Assembly (NCBI GenBank): GCA_036746835.1
Contig: DAIODM010000001.1
Span: 281 to 64,280 of the forward strand
DNA: 64,000 bases
Source: Candidatus Onthovivens sp.
Lineage (GTDB): Bacteria; Bacillota_I; Bacilli_A; RFN20; CAG-826
Reading direction: 5' to 3'
The notes beneath the pieces are model-generated. The model saw only the letters and a list, made by a program, of their open reading frames with translations. It made no database searches and was not told the DNA's origin. Shown here in pieces: positions 28,556-38,455 of the stretch (position 1 is the first letter of the stretch; the number at the start of each line of letters is the position of its first letter). The position numbers were made by a program, and so were the translations under genes.

Positions 28556-29412
28556 TGAATGATTTCAATTATCGTGGTCAAAAAATTAAAGAAACATTCT
28601 CTAAAACTATTATCTATATTATTCTTATTTTAATATCGATTATTTGGGTGCTTCCTTTTGTTTATTTAGTGTTACAATCATTTGCGAAAACTTATGTTAC
28701 TGGATATTTAATTCCTCATGAATTTACTTTCGATAATTATATTAAGTTATTTACTGACACAGTCTATCCTTTTTGGCGCTGGTTCTTAAATACTTTAGGA
28801 ATTGCAATTGTAACATCAGTTTTATCTACAACTTTAACTTTAATGACTGCTTACGCTTTTTCTCGTTTAAGATTCAAATCAAGAAAAAGTTACATGAAGC
28901 TCATTCTTATTATTGGTATGTTCCCAGGCTTTCTTGGAATGATTGTTACTTATTTCTTACTTCAATTTATAGGATTAAGCGGAAATATGTTTGGTTTAGT
29001 ACTTGTTTATATCGGAGGAGCTGCAATGGGTTATTATATTGCTAAAGGTTTTTTCGATACAATTTCAAGATCTCTTGATGAAGCAGCAATGATTGATGGA
29101 GCAAACAAAAATACTATTTTCTGGCGTGTTATTATGCCACTTAGTAAACCAATTGTTGTTTATACAATTTTAATGGCTTTTACTGCTCCATGGGGCGATT
29201 ATATGCTTGCAAGTTATCTTGCTCAAGGTCATACAGAATTATTTAATGTCGCAGTTGGTTTACAACAAATGCTCACTAAAGAAAATGGTCAGATATATTT
29301 CCCAGAATTCTGTGCTGGTGGAGTTTTTGTCTCTATTCCAATTATGATTTTATTCTTCTGGCTACAAAAATATTATGTTGAAGGTGTTACTGGTGGTGCA
29401 GTAAAAGGTTAG
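28555..29412 (+). CDS. sugar ABC transporter permease (MalG-like)
   Basis: 285 aa with the EAAMIDGANKNTIFWRVIMP loop. Its start overlaps the upstream stop (TAATG). Confidence 0.88.
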   Translation: MNDFNYRGQKIKETFSKTIIYIILILISIIWVLPFVYLVLQSFAKTYVTGYLIPHEFTFDNYIKLFTDTVYPFWRWFLNTLGIAIVTSVLSTTLTLMTAYAFSRLRFKSRKSYMKLILIIGMFPGFLGMIVTYFLLQFIGLSGNMFGLVLVYIGGAAMGYYIAKGFFDTISRSLDEAAMIDGANKNTIFWRVIMPLSKPIVVYTILMAFTAPWGDYMLASYLAQGHTELFNVAVGLQQMLTKENGQIYFPEFCAGGVFVSIPIMILFFWLQKYYVEGVTGGAVKG

Positions 29413-29414
29413 TT

Positions 29415-31010
29415 ATGAAAAGATTCGCGAAATTTCTATTAATTTCTTTATTTCCATTAATGATTGCTTCGTGTGGTGAAACCTACGATCCAATTTATGG
29501 TACTAAAGTTAATGATAATTTGTCTTCTAATTATGAAATAAATGACAATTATCGTAATTATTATGAAATTTTTGTTGGTTCATACAGCGATTCAAATAAT
29601 GATGGAATGGGCGATTTAAATGGTGTAATTAATAAATTAGATTACATAAAAGACTTAGGTTACAATGGAATTTGGTTAATGCCTATTAATAAATCTCCTT
29701 CTTATCATAAATATGATGTAATGGATTATTATTCAATTGATAATAACTATGGAAGTCTAGATGATTTAACTAAATTAATTGATGAGTGTCATAAAAGAAA
29801 CATAAAATTGATTATAGATTTAGTTTTAAATCACAGTTCAATCTTTAATGAATTGTTTACTAAAAGCGTGTTAGCACATGAAGCATATATAAATGGTTAT
29901 GACTTAACAGATGAAGAAAATAAATTTAAAGATTTCTATTCGTTCTATGATGATAAAAACTTAGCTAAATGTAAGATTTATCAGGTTCCTAACAAAAATT
30001 TCTATTATGAAGCTAATTTTTCTTCTTCGATGCCTGAATTTAATTTTGATTCACCATATGTTCATGAGGAAATTAGGAAGATAGCCAAGTTTTATCTAGA
30101 TAAAGGAATTGATGGATTTAGACTCGATGCTGTTAAATATTATTACATTAATAGCCAAGCTAAAAATATTGATTATTTAACTGAATTTGGTGATTATGTG
30201 AAGTCAATTAATAAAGATGCTTATATTGTTGGTGAATGTTGGGATTCTTCATCGGTTATATCAGGTTATTATGGAAGTTCAGTTGATAGTTATTTCAATT
30301 TCAATGCTGCAACAAGCAATGGATTTATTGCAAATAGTCTAAATCGTGATGGTGGTTGGTTAAAAACTTACTATAGTGGAATGGAAGAAAATTTATCATT
30401 AGCAAATGGTCATTTACCTGCTCCATTCCTAACAAATCATGATATGCCTCGAATGACTTTAAGCGATTTAAATATTACTAAATTTAGATATGGATTACTA
30501 AGTTTACTTAATGGAGTCACGTTTACCTATTATGGAGATGAAATAGGGATGACTGGTACAAACACAAGTGGTAACCCTGATCAAAATGTGAGAACAGCGA
30601 TGAAGTGGTCCGATAAAGAAATGACTGATCAACCTGTTGGATTTACTAAAGCTGAATATCCAAATGGTAGTGTTTATGAACAAGAAAAAGATGAGACAAG
30701 TATTTTAAACTATTATAAAAAAGCAAATTTAATTCGTAATAATTTTAAAGAAATATCTCACGGAGAGCCCAAACTTATTAGTGTAGATACTGAAACTAAA
30801 AAAATTATTTTCACAAAAGATTATCTAGGCTCAAGAATTGGATTTGTTATTAATTTTGCTTCTGCTACAAATTTTGAAATTAATTTAAAAGATTTGGGGT
30901 TTAATGAAGTAAAAGCTGTGCTTAATGTTGATAGTAAAAAAGCTTATGTTGGGATGCTAAAAGATGGAAATATTATTATTCCGCCATATGGAATAGCATT
31001 AATTAAATAG
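29415..31010 (+). CDS. lipoprotein GH13 alpha-amylase/alpha-glucosidase (surface-anchored)
   Basis: Lipobox MIASCGE. GH13 regions are DLVLNHSS, GFRLDAVKY, GECWD and LTNHDMPR. Confidence 0.85.
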   Translation: MKRFAKFLLISLFPLMIASCGETYDPIYGTKVNDNLSSNYEINDNYRNYYEIFVGSYSDSNNDGMGDLNGVINKLDYIKDLGYNGIWLMPINKSPSYHKYDVMDYYSIDNNYGSLDDLTKLIDECHKRNIKLIIDLVLNHSSIFNELFTKSVLAHEAYINGYDLTDEENKFKDFYSFYDDKNLAKCKIYQVPNKNFYYEANFSSSMPEFNFDSPYVHEEIRKIAKFYLDKGIDGFRLDAVKYYYINSQAKNIDYLTEFGDYVKSINKDAYIVGECWDSSSVISGYYGSSVDSYFNFNAATSNGFIANSLNRDGGWLKTYYSGMEENLSLANGHLPAPFLTNHDMPRMTLSDLNITKFRYGLLSLLNGVTFTYYGDEIGMTGTNTSGNPDQNVRTAMKWSDKEMTDQPVGFTKAEYPNGSVYEQEKDETSILNYYKKANLIRNNFKEISHGEPKLISVDTETKKIIFTKDYLGSRIGFVINFASATNFEINLKDLGFNEVKAVLNVDSKKAYVGMLKDGNIIIPPYGIALIK

Positions 31011-31022
31011 GAGGATATTTTT

Positions 31023-33560
31023 ATGGCAGATCTTAGATTAGAACACATTTACAAAGTTTATCCAAACGGAACTAAAGCAGTTAGTGATTTTACAATGGAT
31101 ATCAAAGATAAAGAATTTATTGTTTTTGTTGGTCCTTCTGGTTGTGGAAAATCTACAACTTTAAGAATGATTGCAGGTCTTGAAGATATTAGTGCTGGTG
31201 AACTTTATATTGGTAATCGTATCGTAAATGATGTTGAACCAAAAGATAGAGATATCGCAATGGTTTTCCAAAACTATGCCCTTTATCCTCATATGACAGT
31301 TTATGAAAATATGGCTTTTGGACTTGAATTACGTCATGTTCCAAATGATATTATTCATGAGAAAGTTTTATGGGCTGCTAAAATTTTAGGTTTAACTGAA
31401 TATTTAGATCGTAAGCCAAAAGCAATGAGTGGTGGTCAACGTCAACGAGTTTCCTTAGGACGTGCTATTTTGCGTAATCCTAAAGTTATGTTACTTGATG
31501 AACCATTGAGCAACCTTGATGCTAAACTTCGTGCCCAAATGCGTAGTGAAATTGCAAAATTGCATGAAGATTTAAAGACTACTTTTATTTATGTTACTCA
31601 CGATCAAGTCGAAGCTATGACGCTTGGAACTCGTGTTGTTGTTATGAAACTTGGCCGTATTCAACAAATTGATACGCCAAAGAATTTGTATAGTTATCCA
31701 ATAAATAAGTTTGTAGCAGGTTTTATAGGTACACCTCAAATGAATTTTTTTGAAGGTACTCTTAAAAAAGTTGGAGATAAGATTAATGTTAGTTTAGCTT
31801 ATTCAGATAGTTCAGTATCGGTTCCACAAAACGATTTCATTAAAGTTCAACCACAATATTATGATGGAAAACATCAAGTTTATATTGGCTTGAGATGTGA
31901 AGATATTTCTGTTGATCCAGAAGTAGTTAAAAAATCAAAATCTTTAGTTGATGTTAGAATTTCTCACTTTGAGGAGTTAGGAAATGAAACTTTAATATAT
32001 GGCGATATTAATATGAAGGGAGATGGTTTTGCTGAAACATCGACTAGAGTAATTATTAAAGGTTCTAGTACTTATGATTTTAAGATTGGTTCAGTTGTAA
32101 AGGCGGCTTTCGATATGAAGAAGTGCCATCTTTTTGACAAGAATACTGAAGAAACAATAATGCCTCGTCTTCCAAAAGTTAACGTTATTGATTGTGAAAT
32201 TAAAGATGGCAAGATAAATTTTGAAGGTCAAAGTGTTGTTTTACCAAAATTTATGAATATCAAGAATGCTAAAGGTGAACTTTATTTAAATAATGATGCA
32301 ATTATTTTAGGTGAAGGCCCATGTAGTGGTGAAGTTATTAATTTTGAAATTATTAATGATAAAAAATTAATTTATATTTTAGTTGGTGAACGTGTTATTT
32401 TTGCGCTTGTTGATAAAGAATATAAAATTGGTGCCAAGATTAATTTTGATTTAGATTACACACAAATCAATGTTAAAAACGGAGATAAAGAAATTATAAA
32501 AGCTTTACCTGAATATGATAATATTGATGCTACATTTATTAACTTTGCTAGTTTAAAGAATAAAACTGGAAAATATGATAAATCAATTGAAAATCGTAAA
32601 TCAGTTGTTAAGAAGAATTACGATGAACAAGTTAAAAAATTAACTGATAAATATAATAAAGATTTAGAAGAAGCTAAGAGAACTGATATTGCGGCATTAA
32701 AGGCTAATGACTCAAAGAAATTAGCTGAAATTAAATCCGAAAATGCTGCAAAAATTAAAGAATTAAAAACAACTTATAAGACTAAAAAAGCTACTGCTGA
32801 TGCAATTTATAAAGAAAATTCAAAGAAAATTAAAAAAGATGTTATTGAATTATATAAAGGAATTAAAGAAAATGAATATGCTGCGTACAAGATGTTTAAA
32901 TCAATTAATACTGATCGTGAAGCAGCAAGAAAACATCATGATGAATTTAAAAACTTTAAGGAAAATTTCCCTAAAGAAAGAGAAAACGAATATATTCGTA
33001 GAATGAACGATGAAACTCTTCGTTATGAAACCGAAATAAATTCACTTTCAGGTCAATTTAAACGTGATAAATTGTCACTTACAAATGATTATAAGAAGAT
33101 GAAAAAAGATTTCCATCGTGATGAAAATCTTCCAAAATATTTAGAAAAAGAGTATAAGAGTAATCTTGCAAATTTAAAGAGAGAATTAAATGTAAATCTT
33201 AATAAAGCTTCTCAATTATTCTTCTTTAAATTCAACGATTTTATTATTCAATCAAGCGATGTTATATCTAACAAAACAATTCAAGGACTTGGAACTAAAG
33301 TTTTTATTAAGGATTACCTTTTAGAAGTTCCACATTCTGCGTTTATAGAAGATAAAGATGGTTTTGAAGTTACAATAAAGGATACCTTGGATTATAATAG
33401 TAAAAAATATTTAGTTTGCACTTTCTTTGATGATGGAAATGAAAAGACACTTTATGTTTTATCTAAAAAAGATAAGAAAGTTGGCGAGAAAATTAAATTA
33501 AGTTTTGATATTAATCAAATTCATGTAACAGAAAAATCACTTGGTCTTAAAATATATTAA
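31023..33560 (+). CDS. MalK/MsmX-type sugar ABC ATPase with a ~470-aa C-terminal extension
   Basis: Residues 1-375 form a complete ATPase (GPSGCGKST, MSGGQRQR, MLLDEPLSNLDA) with a regulatory beta domain. The extension follows as a second beta module, a ~220-aa Lys/Glu-rich predicted coiled coil and a third beta module ending KIKLSFDINQIHV. Confidence 0.85.
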   Translation: MADLRLEHIYKVYPNGTKAVSDFTMDIKDKEFIVFVGPSGCGKSTTLRMIAGLEDISAGELYIGNRIVNDVEPKDRDIAMVFQNYALYPHMTVYENMAFGLELRHVPNDIIHEKVLWAAKILGLTEYLDRKPKAMSGGQRQRVSLGRAILRNPKVMLLDEPLSNLDAKLRAQMRSEIAKLHEDLKTTFIYVTHDQVEAMTLGTRVVVMKLGRIQQIDTPKNLYSYPINKFVAGFIGTPQMNFFEGTLKKVGDKINVSLAYSDSSVSVPQNDFIKVQPQYYDGKHQVYIGLRCEDISVDPEVVKKSKSLVDVRISHFEELGNETLIYGDINMKGDGFAETSTRVIIKGSSTYDFKIGSVVKAAFDMKKCHLFDKNTEETIMPRLPKVNVIDCEIKDGKINFEGQSVVLPKFMNIKNAKGELYLNNDAIILGEGPCSGEVINFEIINDKKLIYILVGERVIFALVDKEYKIGAKINFDLDYTQINVKNGDKEIIKALPEYDNIDATFINFASLKNKTGKYDKSIENRKSVVKKNYDEQVKKLTDKYNKDLEEAKRTDIAALKANDSKKLAEIKSENAAKIKELKTTYKTKKATADAIYKENSKKIKKDVIELYKGIKENEYAAYKMFKSINTDREAARKHHDEFKNFKENFPKERENEYIRRMNDETLRYETEINSLSGQFKRDKLSLTNDYKKMKKDFHRDENLPKYLEKEYKSNLANLKRELNVNLNKASQLFFFKFNDFIIQSSDVISNKTIQGLGTKVFIKDYLLEVPHSAFIEDKDGFEVTIKDTLDYNSKKYLVCTFFDDGNEKTLYVLSKKDKKVGEKIKLSFDINQIHVTEKSLGLKIY

Positions 33561-33570
33561 GGAGGTTGCT

Positions 33571-34137
33571 ATGATGAAGAACAAAAAAATATTGCTTTCT
33601 TTGATATTGATTCCATTGCTATTTTCATGTGCAACTAATCCAGAGGCTGGATACATAAGTGATGAAGAAGCAAAAAATACCGCTAATGCCTTTAAAGATC
33701 AAAATTATACTAAATATTCATTTACTGGTTCAATGAATTTTTTAACTATTAATGCTGGTCAATATGATAAGAGTGAAAGTAATGGTAGTTATAATGTTTC
33801 GACAAAATCTTATTATTTAAATTTGCCTACATTTATAAATTCAGAAAATTATGATGCGTCCTACACAATTATTAAAAATAAATTTCAGACCGGTACATCA
33901 GTTTACACACTTTATAAATATAACAATAATGGTGGTCTTGATTTTAAAGTATTTGCTTGCAATAAACGTTTAATGATTACTAAATATGGAATGGAATTAA
34001 GCGCTAAATGGAATCTTTGTGCCAGTTATGACTCAAATGGATACTTGTTAAAAGAAGAATTTTCAACCATTAATTCTTTTAAGGACCCAGACAATAAAAC
34101 GATTTATGGAAAGTGTACTTATACATATTCACTTTAG
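33571..34137 (+). CDS. lipoprotein of unknown function
   Basis: An AAGGAGG RBS precedes the ATG at 33571. The signal peptide is MMKNKKILLSLILIPLLFSCAT (lipobox). The mature part is beta-rich and N/Y/S/T-rich, and I recognise no family. Confidence 0.7.
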   Translation: MMKNKKILLSLILIPLLFSCATNPEAGYISDEEAKNTANAFKDQNYTKYSFTGSMNFLTINAGQYDKSESNGSYNVSTKSYYLNLPTFINSENYDASYTIIKNKFQTGTSVYTLYKYNNNGGLDFKVFACNKRLMITKYGMELSAKWNLCASYDSNGYLLKEEFSTINSFKDPDNKTIYGKCTYTYSL

Positions 34138-34139
34138 AT

Positions 34140-34862
34140 ATGATTAAAAAAACACGTATTTTCCTATCTCTATTATCGCTAATTTTTTTGAGTGGATGTA
34201 ATGCAAAAACTCTTCCAGATGGGGATATAAAGACATTTATTTATAACTTTGATTATGATGAAGCTTATTTAAATACAAACATTTGTTCTTCAAAAGTTAT
34301 TCAAAAAGATTTTAAAGGTGAAAATGAGATTGGTTCTTTAGTTTCTAATACTGTTTTTGAGAAAAATGATAATTTTATTTATTTTTATGAAGAGATTAAA
34401 TATAGCGGAAACTATGTAGAAAATAATATCAATTCATATCAAGAATTAGACTATCTTATTGATGGAAAATTTTATTCTAAGATATTATCAAATAACATTG
34501 AACAAACTCCTTTGACAATTAAAGGCGAAATTGATAAAAAAATTACTAATTATTTTTACACAACTTTAAATAGTAATTACCATATGTATGGTAAATATTA
34601 TGGTGATAATATTCTCGTTAATGCAGCTAATTATTATGAAAATTTTACTTTAAATTCGTCAAAAGACATGCTTACCTACACGCTTAAAAATGATTTAACA
34701 AAAAAAGGATATGTAATTAATAATTCGTATACTGTCGATAAATTTGGTATGGTAACAAATCAATTTAGTGAGATCAAATCTCTAGATTCAAGTGGTTTGT
34801 CTGTTATGACAAATTTTGAAGCCAAATATAATGAGGAAATTGAAAAAAAGGAAAACATATAA
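34140..34862 (+). CDS. lipoprotein of unknown function
   Basis: The ATG at 34140 lies 2 nt after the upstream stop. The signal peptide is MIKKTRIFLSLLSLIFLSGCNA (lipobox). I recognise no family. Confidence 0.7.
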   Translation: MIKKTRIFLSLLSLIFLSGCNAKTLPDGDIKTFIYNFDYDEAYLNTNICSSKVIQKDFKGENEIGSLVSNTVFEKNDNFIYFYEEIKYSGNYVENNINSYQELDYLIDGKFYSKILSNNIEQTPLTIKGEIDKKITNYFYTTLNSNYHMYGKYYGDNILVNAANYYENFTLNSSKDMLTYTLKNDLTKKGYVINNSYTVDKFGMVTNQFSEIKSLDSSGLSVMTNFEAKYNEEIEKKENI

Positions 34863-34863
34863 T

Positions 34864-37503
34864 ATGAACAAAAAAGTAATATACACAATAGGTTTTTTAT
34901 CATTATTTGCAATTTTAACTTCTTGTGGTAGCAGTGATAACAATCCAGATCCTACCCCAGATCCAGATCCTACTCCAGTTGTTAAAGGTCCAGGGATTGA
35001 AATTCACTATAATAGAAAAGATGGTGAATACAAAAATTGGGCTTTGTGGCTTTGGGAAAATACACCAGGTGGTGTAGGCAAAGAATATACTTTCAATGGA
35101 AGCGATGAATATGGCGCATATGCGTTTTATACCTTTGAAGATCTTGGAAGTTCTACAATTTTAAATAATGGTCTTGGGTTTATTGTTAAATCTTTAGGTA
35201 CATGGAATTCAAAAGATCCAGATGGTGATAGATTTATTGATTTTAAACAATTAAAGCAAGACGAAAATGAAATATATCACGTCTATTTAAAATCAAACGA
35301 TCCACAGGTCTATATAGATCCAATTGGCACTGTTAACGATGAGCTAAAATATTTTGATATTGTTTATAATTCTACTACTAATCAAACTAAGATTTGGTTT
35401 CAAACTAACAACTCAGTTTCTTATTTTAATTTTATGTGCAATGGGGTTTCTTTTGCTAAAAATGAAAATTGTGATTTGACGAAATTTGTATATACTTTTG
35501 AAACAAACGAAGAAGTTTCTATTTTAAACGAATATACTCTAAAAGTTATTTTTTTAAAGAGTAAAAAAGAAGCTGTTTACACAGCAAATAAACGTCAATT
35601 ATTTAGTACACCAAGTTTTAATAATAAATTTAATTATGATGGTGAATTAGGTGCTATTTATACGGCTAATTCAACTGTTTTTAAAGTATGGTCACCATTA
35701 AGTTCTTCAATAAAATTAAGGATTTATTCAAATGGAACACCCAAATCTATAGATTCGACTTTGGGTGATGATGCTTATGAAGAGTATGATATGACTCTTG
35801 GAGAAAAAGGTGTTTTTTCACATGAACTTAGTGGAGATTTAGCTGGAAAATTTTATACATATGTCGTAACCAATAGCAATTATAAAGATACAGAAATTGT
35901 TGATCCATACGCAAAAAGTAGTGGAATAAATGGTTTACGTGGTATGATTGTTGATTTTAGCAAAACCAATCCTGATGGTTGGAGCACTACAAAGATAAAT
36001 GAAATTAAGAAAACAAAACTAACAGTTTATGAAACGCATATAGCAGATTTAACTAGTAGCAAAACTTGGAATGGCAAAAAAGCAAATAAAAAATTGTATA
36101 ATGGCGCTCATGAGAGCGGAACAGTCTATAAAGATAATGATGGTAATATATATAAAACAGGTTTTGATCATATAAAAGAACTTGGTGTTAATGCAATGCA
36201 AATTATTCCATTTTTTGACCAAGCAAATGATGAAAGGCCAGGAAAAGTAACTTTTAATTGGGGATATAATCCGTTAAATTATAATGTTGTAGAAGGCTGC
36301 TATTCTTCAAATCCATATGATGGTTATACAAAAATTAAAGAAATGAAATCTTTAATTCAAGATTATATAAATAATGGCGTTAACATAATTATGGATGTTG
36401 TTTTCAACCATGTTAATTCTTTGAATAACTCTAATTTTGATGTTTTAATGCCAGGTTATTACTTTAGATATAGCGCAGGAAAACCATCTAATGGATCTGG
36501 TTGTGGTAATGAAACTGCTAGTGAAATGCCAATGTATAGAAAGTTTATGATAGATAGCGCATCTTTTTGGGCTAAAGAATATAAAATTGGTGGGTTCCGT
36601 TTTGACTTGATGGGTGTTCACGATATTGAGACAATGAATTTATTAGTTAAGAAAGTTCATGAAATTAATCAATATATTACAGTTTATGGTGAACCATGGG
36701 CAGGTGGTACAATTAGCTTAGGTGATGCATATAAGGCAGCAAATCAAGCTCATATGAATAATTATGAAGATTATAGTTCGTTCAACGATGTTTTTAGAGA
36801 CGCTATAATTAAAGGCGGATTAAAAAGCTCATCTGAAAAAGGTTGGGTTATGACTACAACCAGCTCTAATTCGCTTGATAAATCAGATATTGTTAAAGGT
36901 ATCAAAGGTGAAACAGGAACTATTTGTAATGATCCAACAAAATCAATCGCTTATGTTACTTGCCATGATAATTACACTTTAAAAGATAGAATGGCTGCAG
37001 CAGGTTACACGAATGAAGAATTGATTAAAAAGATGGCTATGTCTGCAAATTCTTTGGTTTTTACATCTCAAGGAATTAGTTTTATGCTTGCTGGTGAAGA
37101 GTTTTTAAGAACAAAACAAGACAATAATAATAGTTATGATTCAAGTTATGAAGTAAATGAACTAGATTATTCTTTATTAGAAAAAAATAATGATATGTTT
37201 GAAAATTATAAAAAATTAATTAAATTCAAACAAAATATTGATGGACTTAATCTTATGTCATCTGAAGAAGTATCTAATACATTGTCTTTTGAAGAGACCG
37301 ATGTAAATGTAATTTCGTATTCTTTTAATAGCAATAATAAAACATATAAAGTGGTACATTTAAATGGTGATTCTACAAAAACAAACAATTATTTTGACTT
37401 TAATGGATATAATCTATATTTAGATACTCTTAATAAAAAAGACTTGGTTTTATCTAGCAAAACAGCTTTAGAACCATTTCAAACTATTATCGCTTTTAAA
37501 TAG
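34864..37503 (+). CDS. pulA: type I pullulanase, lipoprotein (CBM41/CBM48 + GH13)
   Basis: The ATG at 34864 leads into lipobox LTSCGS and a PDPTPDPDPTP linker. A CBM41-like IEIHYNRKDGEYKNWALWLWE follows. GH13 regions are DVVFNHV, GGFRFDLMG, YGEPWAG and YVTCHDNYT. Confidence 0.9.
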   Translation: MNKKVIYTIGFLSLFAILTSCGSSDNNPDPTPDPDPTPVVKGPGIEIHYNRKDGEYKNWALWLWENTPGGVGKEYTFNGSDEYGAYAFYTFEDLGSSTILNNGLGFIVKSLGTWNSKDPDGDRFIDFKQLKQDENEIYHVYLKSNDPQVYIDPIGTVNDELKYFDIVYNSTTNQTKIWFQTNNSVSYFNFMCNGVSFAKNENCDLTKFVYTFETNEEVSILNEYTLKVIFLKSKKEAVYTANKRQLFSTPSFNNKFNYDGELGAIYTANSTVFKVWSPLSSSIKLRIYSNGTPKSIDSTLGDDAYEEYDMTLGEKGVFSHELSGDLAGKFYTYVVTNSNYKDTEIVDPYAKSSGINGLRGMIVDFSKTNPDGWSTTKINEIKKTKLTVYETHIADLTSSKTWNGKKANKKLYNGAHESGTVYKDNDGNIYKTGFDHIKELGVNAMQIIPFFDQANDERPGKVTFNWGYNPLNYNVVEGCYSSNPYDGYTKIKEMKSLIQDYINNGVNIIMDVVFNHVNSLNNSNFDVLMPGYYFRYSAGKPSNGSGCGNETASEMPMYRKFMIDSASFWAKEYKIGGFRFDLMGVHDIETMNLLVKKVHEINQYITVYGEPWAGGTISLGDAYKAANQAHMNNYEDYSSFNDVFRDAIIKGGLKSSSEKGWVMTTTSSNSLDKSDIVKGIKGETGTICNDPTKSIAYVTCHDNYTLKDRMAAAGYTNEELIKKMAMSANSLVFTSQGISFMLAGEEFLRTKQDNNNSYDSSYEVNELDYSLLEKNNDMFENYKKLIKFKQNIDGLNLMSSEEVSNTLSFEETDVNVISYSFNSNNKTYKVVHLNGDSTKTNNYFDFNGYNLYLDTLNKKDLVLSSKTALEPFQTIIAFK

Positions 37504-37527
37504 CAAGTTGTTTAATAGTAGTTTATT

Positions 37528-37541
37528 AGTAGTTTTCTAGT
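37528..37541 (+). repeat. intergenic motif copy C (exact core AGTAGTTTTCTAGT)
   Basis: AATAGTAGTTT-ATTAGTAGTTTT-CTAGTTTA at 37505-37546, directly after the pulA stop and 70-95 nt upstream of the PHP gene. Confidence 0.8.
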
Positions 37542-37614
37542 TTATATCTCATTATTTTTTAAATTTTAATCGTTTTATTTGAAAAAATATTCTATTGTCT
37601 CTATTATTAGTTAG

Positions 37615-38427
37615 ATGAAAGTAAATTATAATATGCACACACATACCTATCGATGCGGTCACGCTTCTGGAACAGATGATCAATATGTTAAAGCCGCTAT
37701 AAAAGCTGGCTTTAAAACACTTGGCTTTAGTGACCATGCTTTTTTCCCAAATATTGTTCATGAACATATGAGGGGAAGATATGAAGAACTTGATGGATAT
37801 ATCGAGTCTGTTTTGAAGTTAAGAAAAAAATATAAGAAACAAATTGATATAAAACTTGGCTTTGAAATAGAATATCAAGAAAATTTCTATGGTTTTTATC
37901 GTTATCTTCTTCAAGAAAAAGGATTTGATTATTTAATTCTTGGTCAACACCTTGTTTATAGTAATGATGGGAAACCAATTTATTACTATAGTCACTTAGA
38001 TGATATTGAAGGCATTCGACATTATAAAGATGATGTAATTAAAGCGATGGAGACAGGTCTTTTCTTGTATGTTTGCCATCCTGATATCTTTATGCATAAT
38101 GTTACAAAAATCACTCCTGAAGTACTTCAAGTTTGTGATGAAATATGTAGTGCAGCAGCCAAATTAAATGTTCCGCTTGAAATTAATTTAGGTGGACTTG
38201 GTTTTTCAAATTTAAATAGCGAGATTAAAGGCACTAATCCATATCCAAATCATTATTTCTGGGAGATTGCTAGTAAGCATAAATGTAAATGTGTAATAGG
38301 TGTTGATGCACATTGTCCAGATGACTTAATTAATAATAAATTAGAATTTGCTTATAGTTTTATTAAAGCTCATAACCTAGAACTCATTGAAGATGTAACA
38401 ATGATTAATACAAATTGTAAAGACTAG
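37615..38427 (+). CDS. PHP-domain phosphatase (HisJ/histidinol-phosphatase family)
   Basis: 270 aa. The N-terminal MHTHTYRCGHA is the family's metal-binding His motif, and FSDH, CHPD and GVDAH motifs follow downstream. Confidence 0.75.
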   Translation: MKVNYNMHTHTYRCGHASGTDDQYVKAAIKAGFKTLGFSDHAFFPNIVHEHMRGRYEELDGYIESVLKLRKKYKKQIDIKLGFEIEYQENFYGFYRYLLQEKGFDYLILGQHLVYSNDGKPIYYYSHLDDIEGIRHYKDDVIKAMETGLFLYVCHPDIFMHNVTKITPEVLQVCDEICSAAAKLNVPLEINLGGLGFSNLNSEIKGTNPYPNHYFWEIASKHKCKCVIGVDAHCPDDLINNKLEFAYSFIKAHNLELIEDVTMINTNCKD

Positions 38428-38455
38428 AACGAAATAATTCGTCTAGTCTTTTTTA
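38421..38455 (+). terminator. rho-independent terminator after the PHP gene
   Basis: AGACTAGAACGAA-ATAA-TTCGTCTAGTCT followed by a T-run. The stop codon lies inside the stem. Confidence 0.8.
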
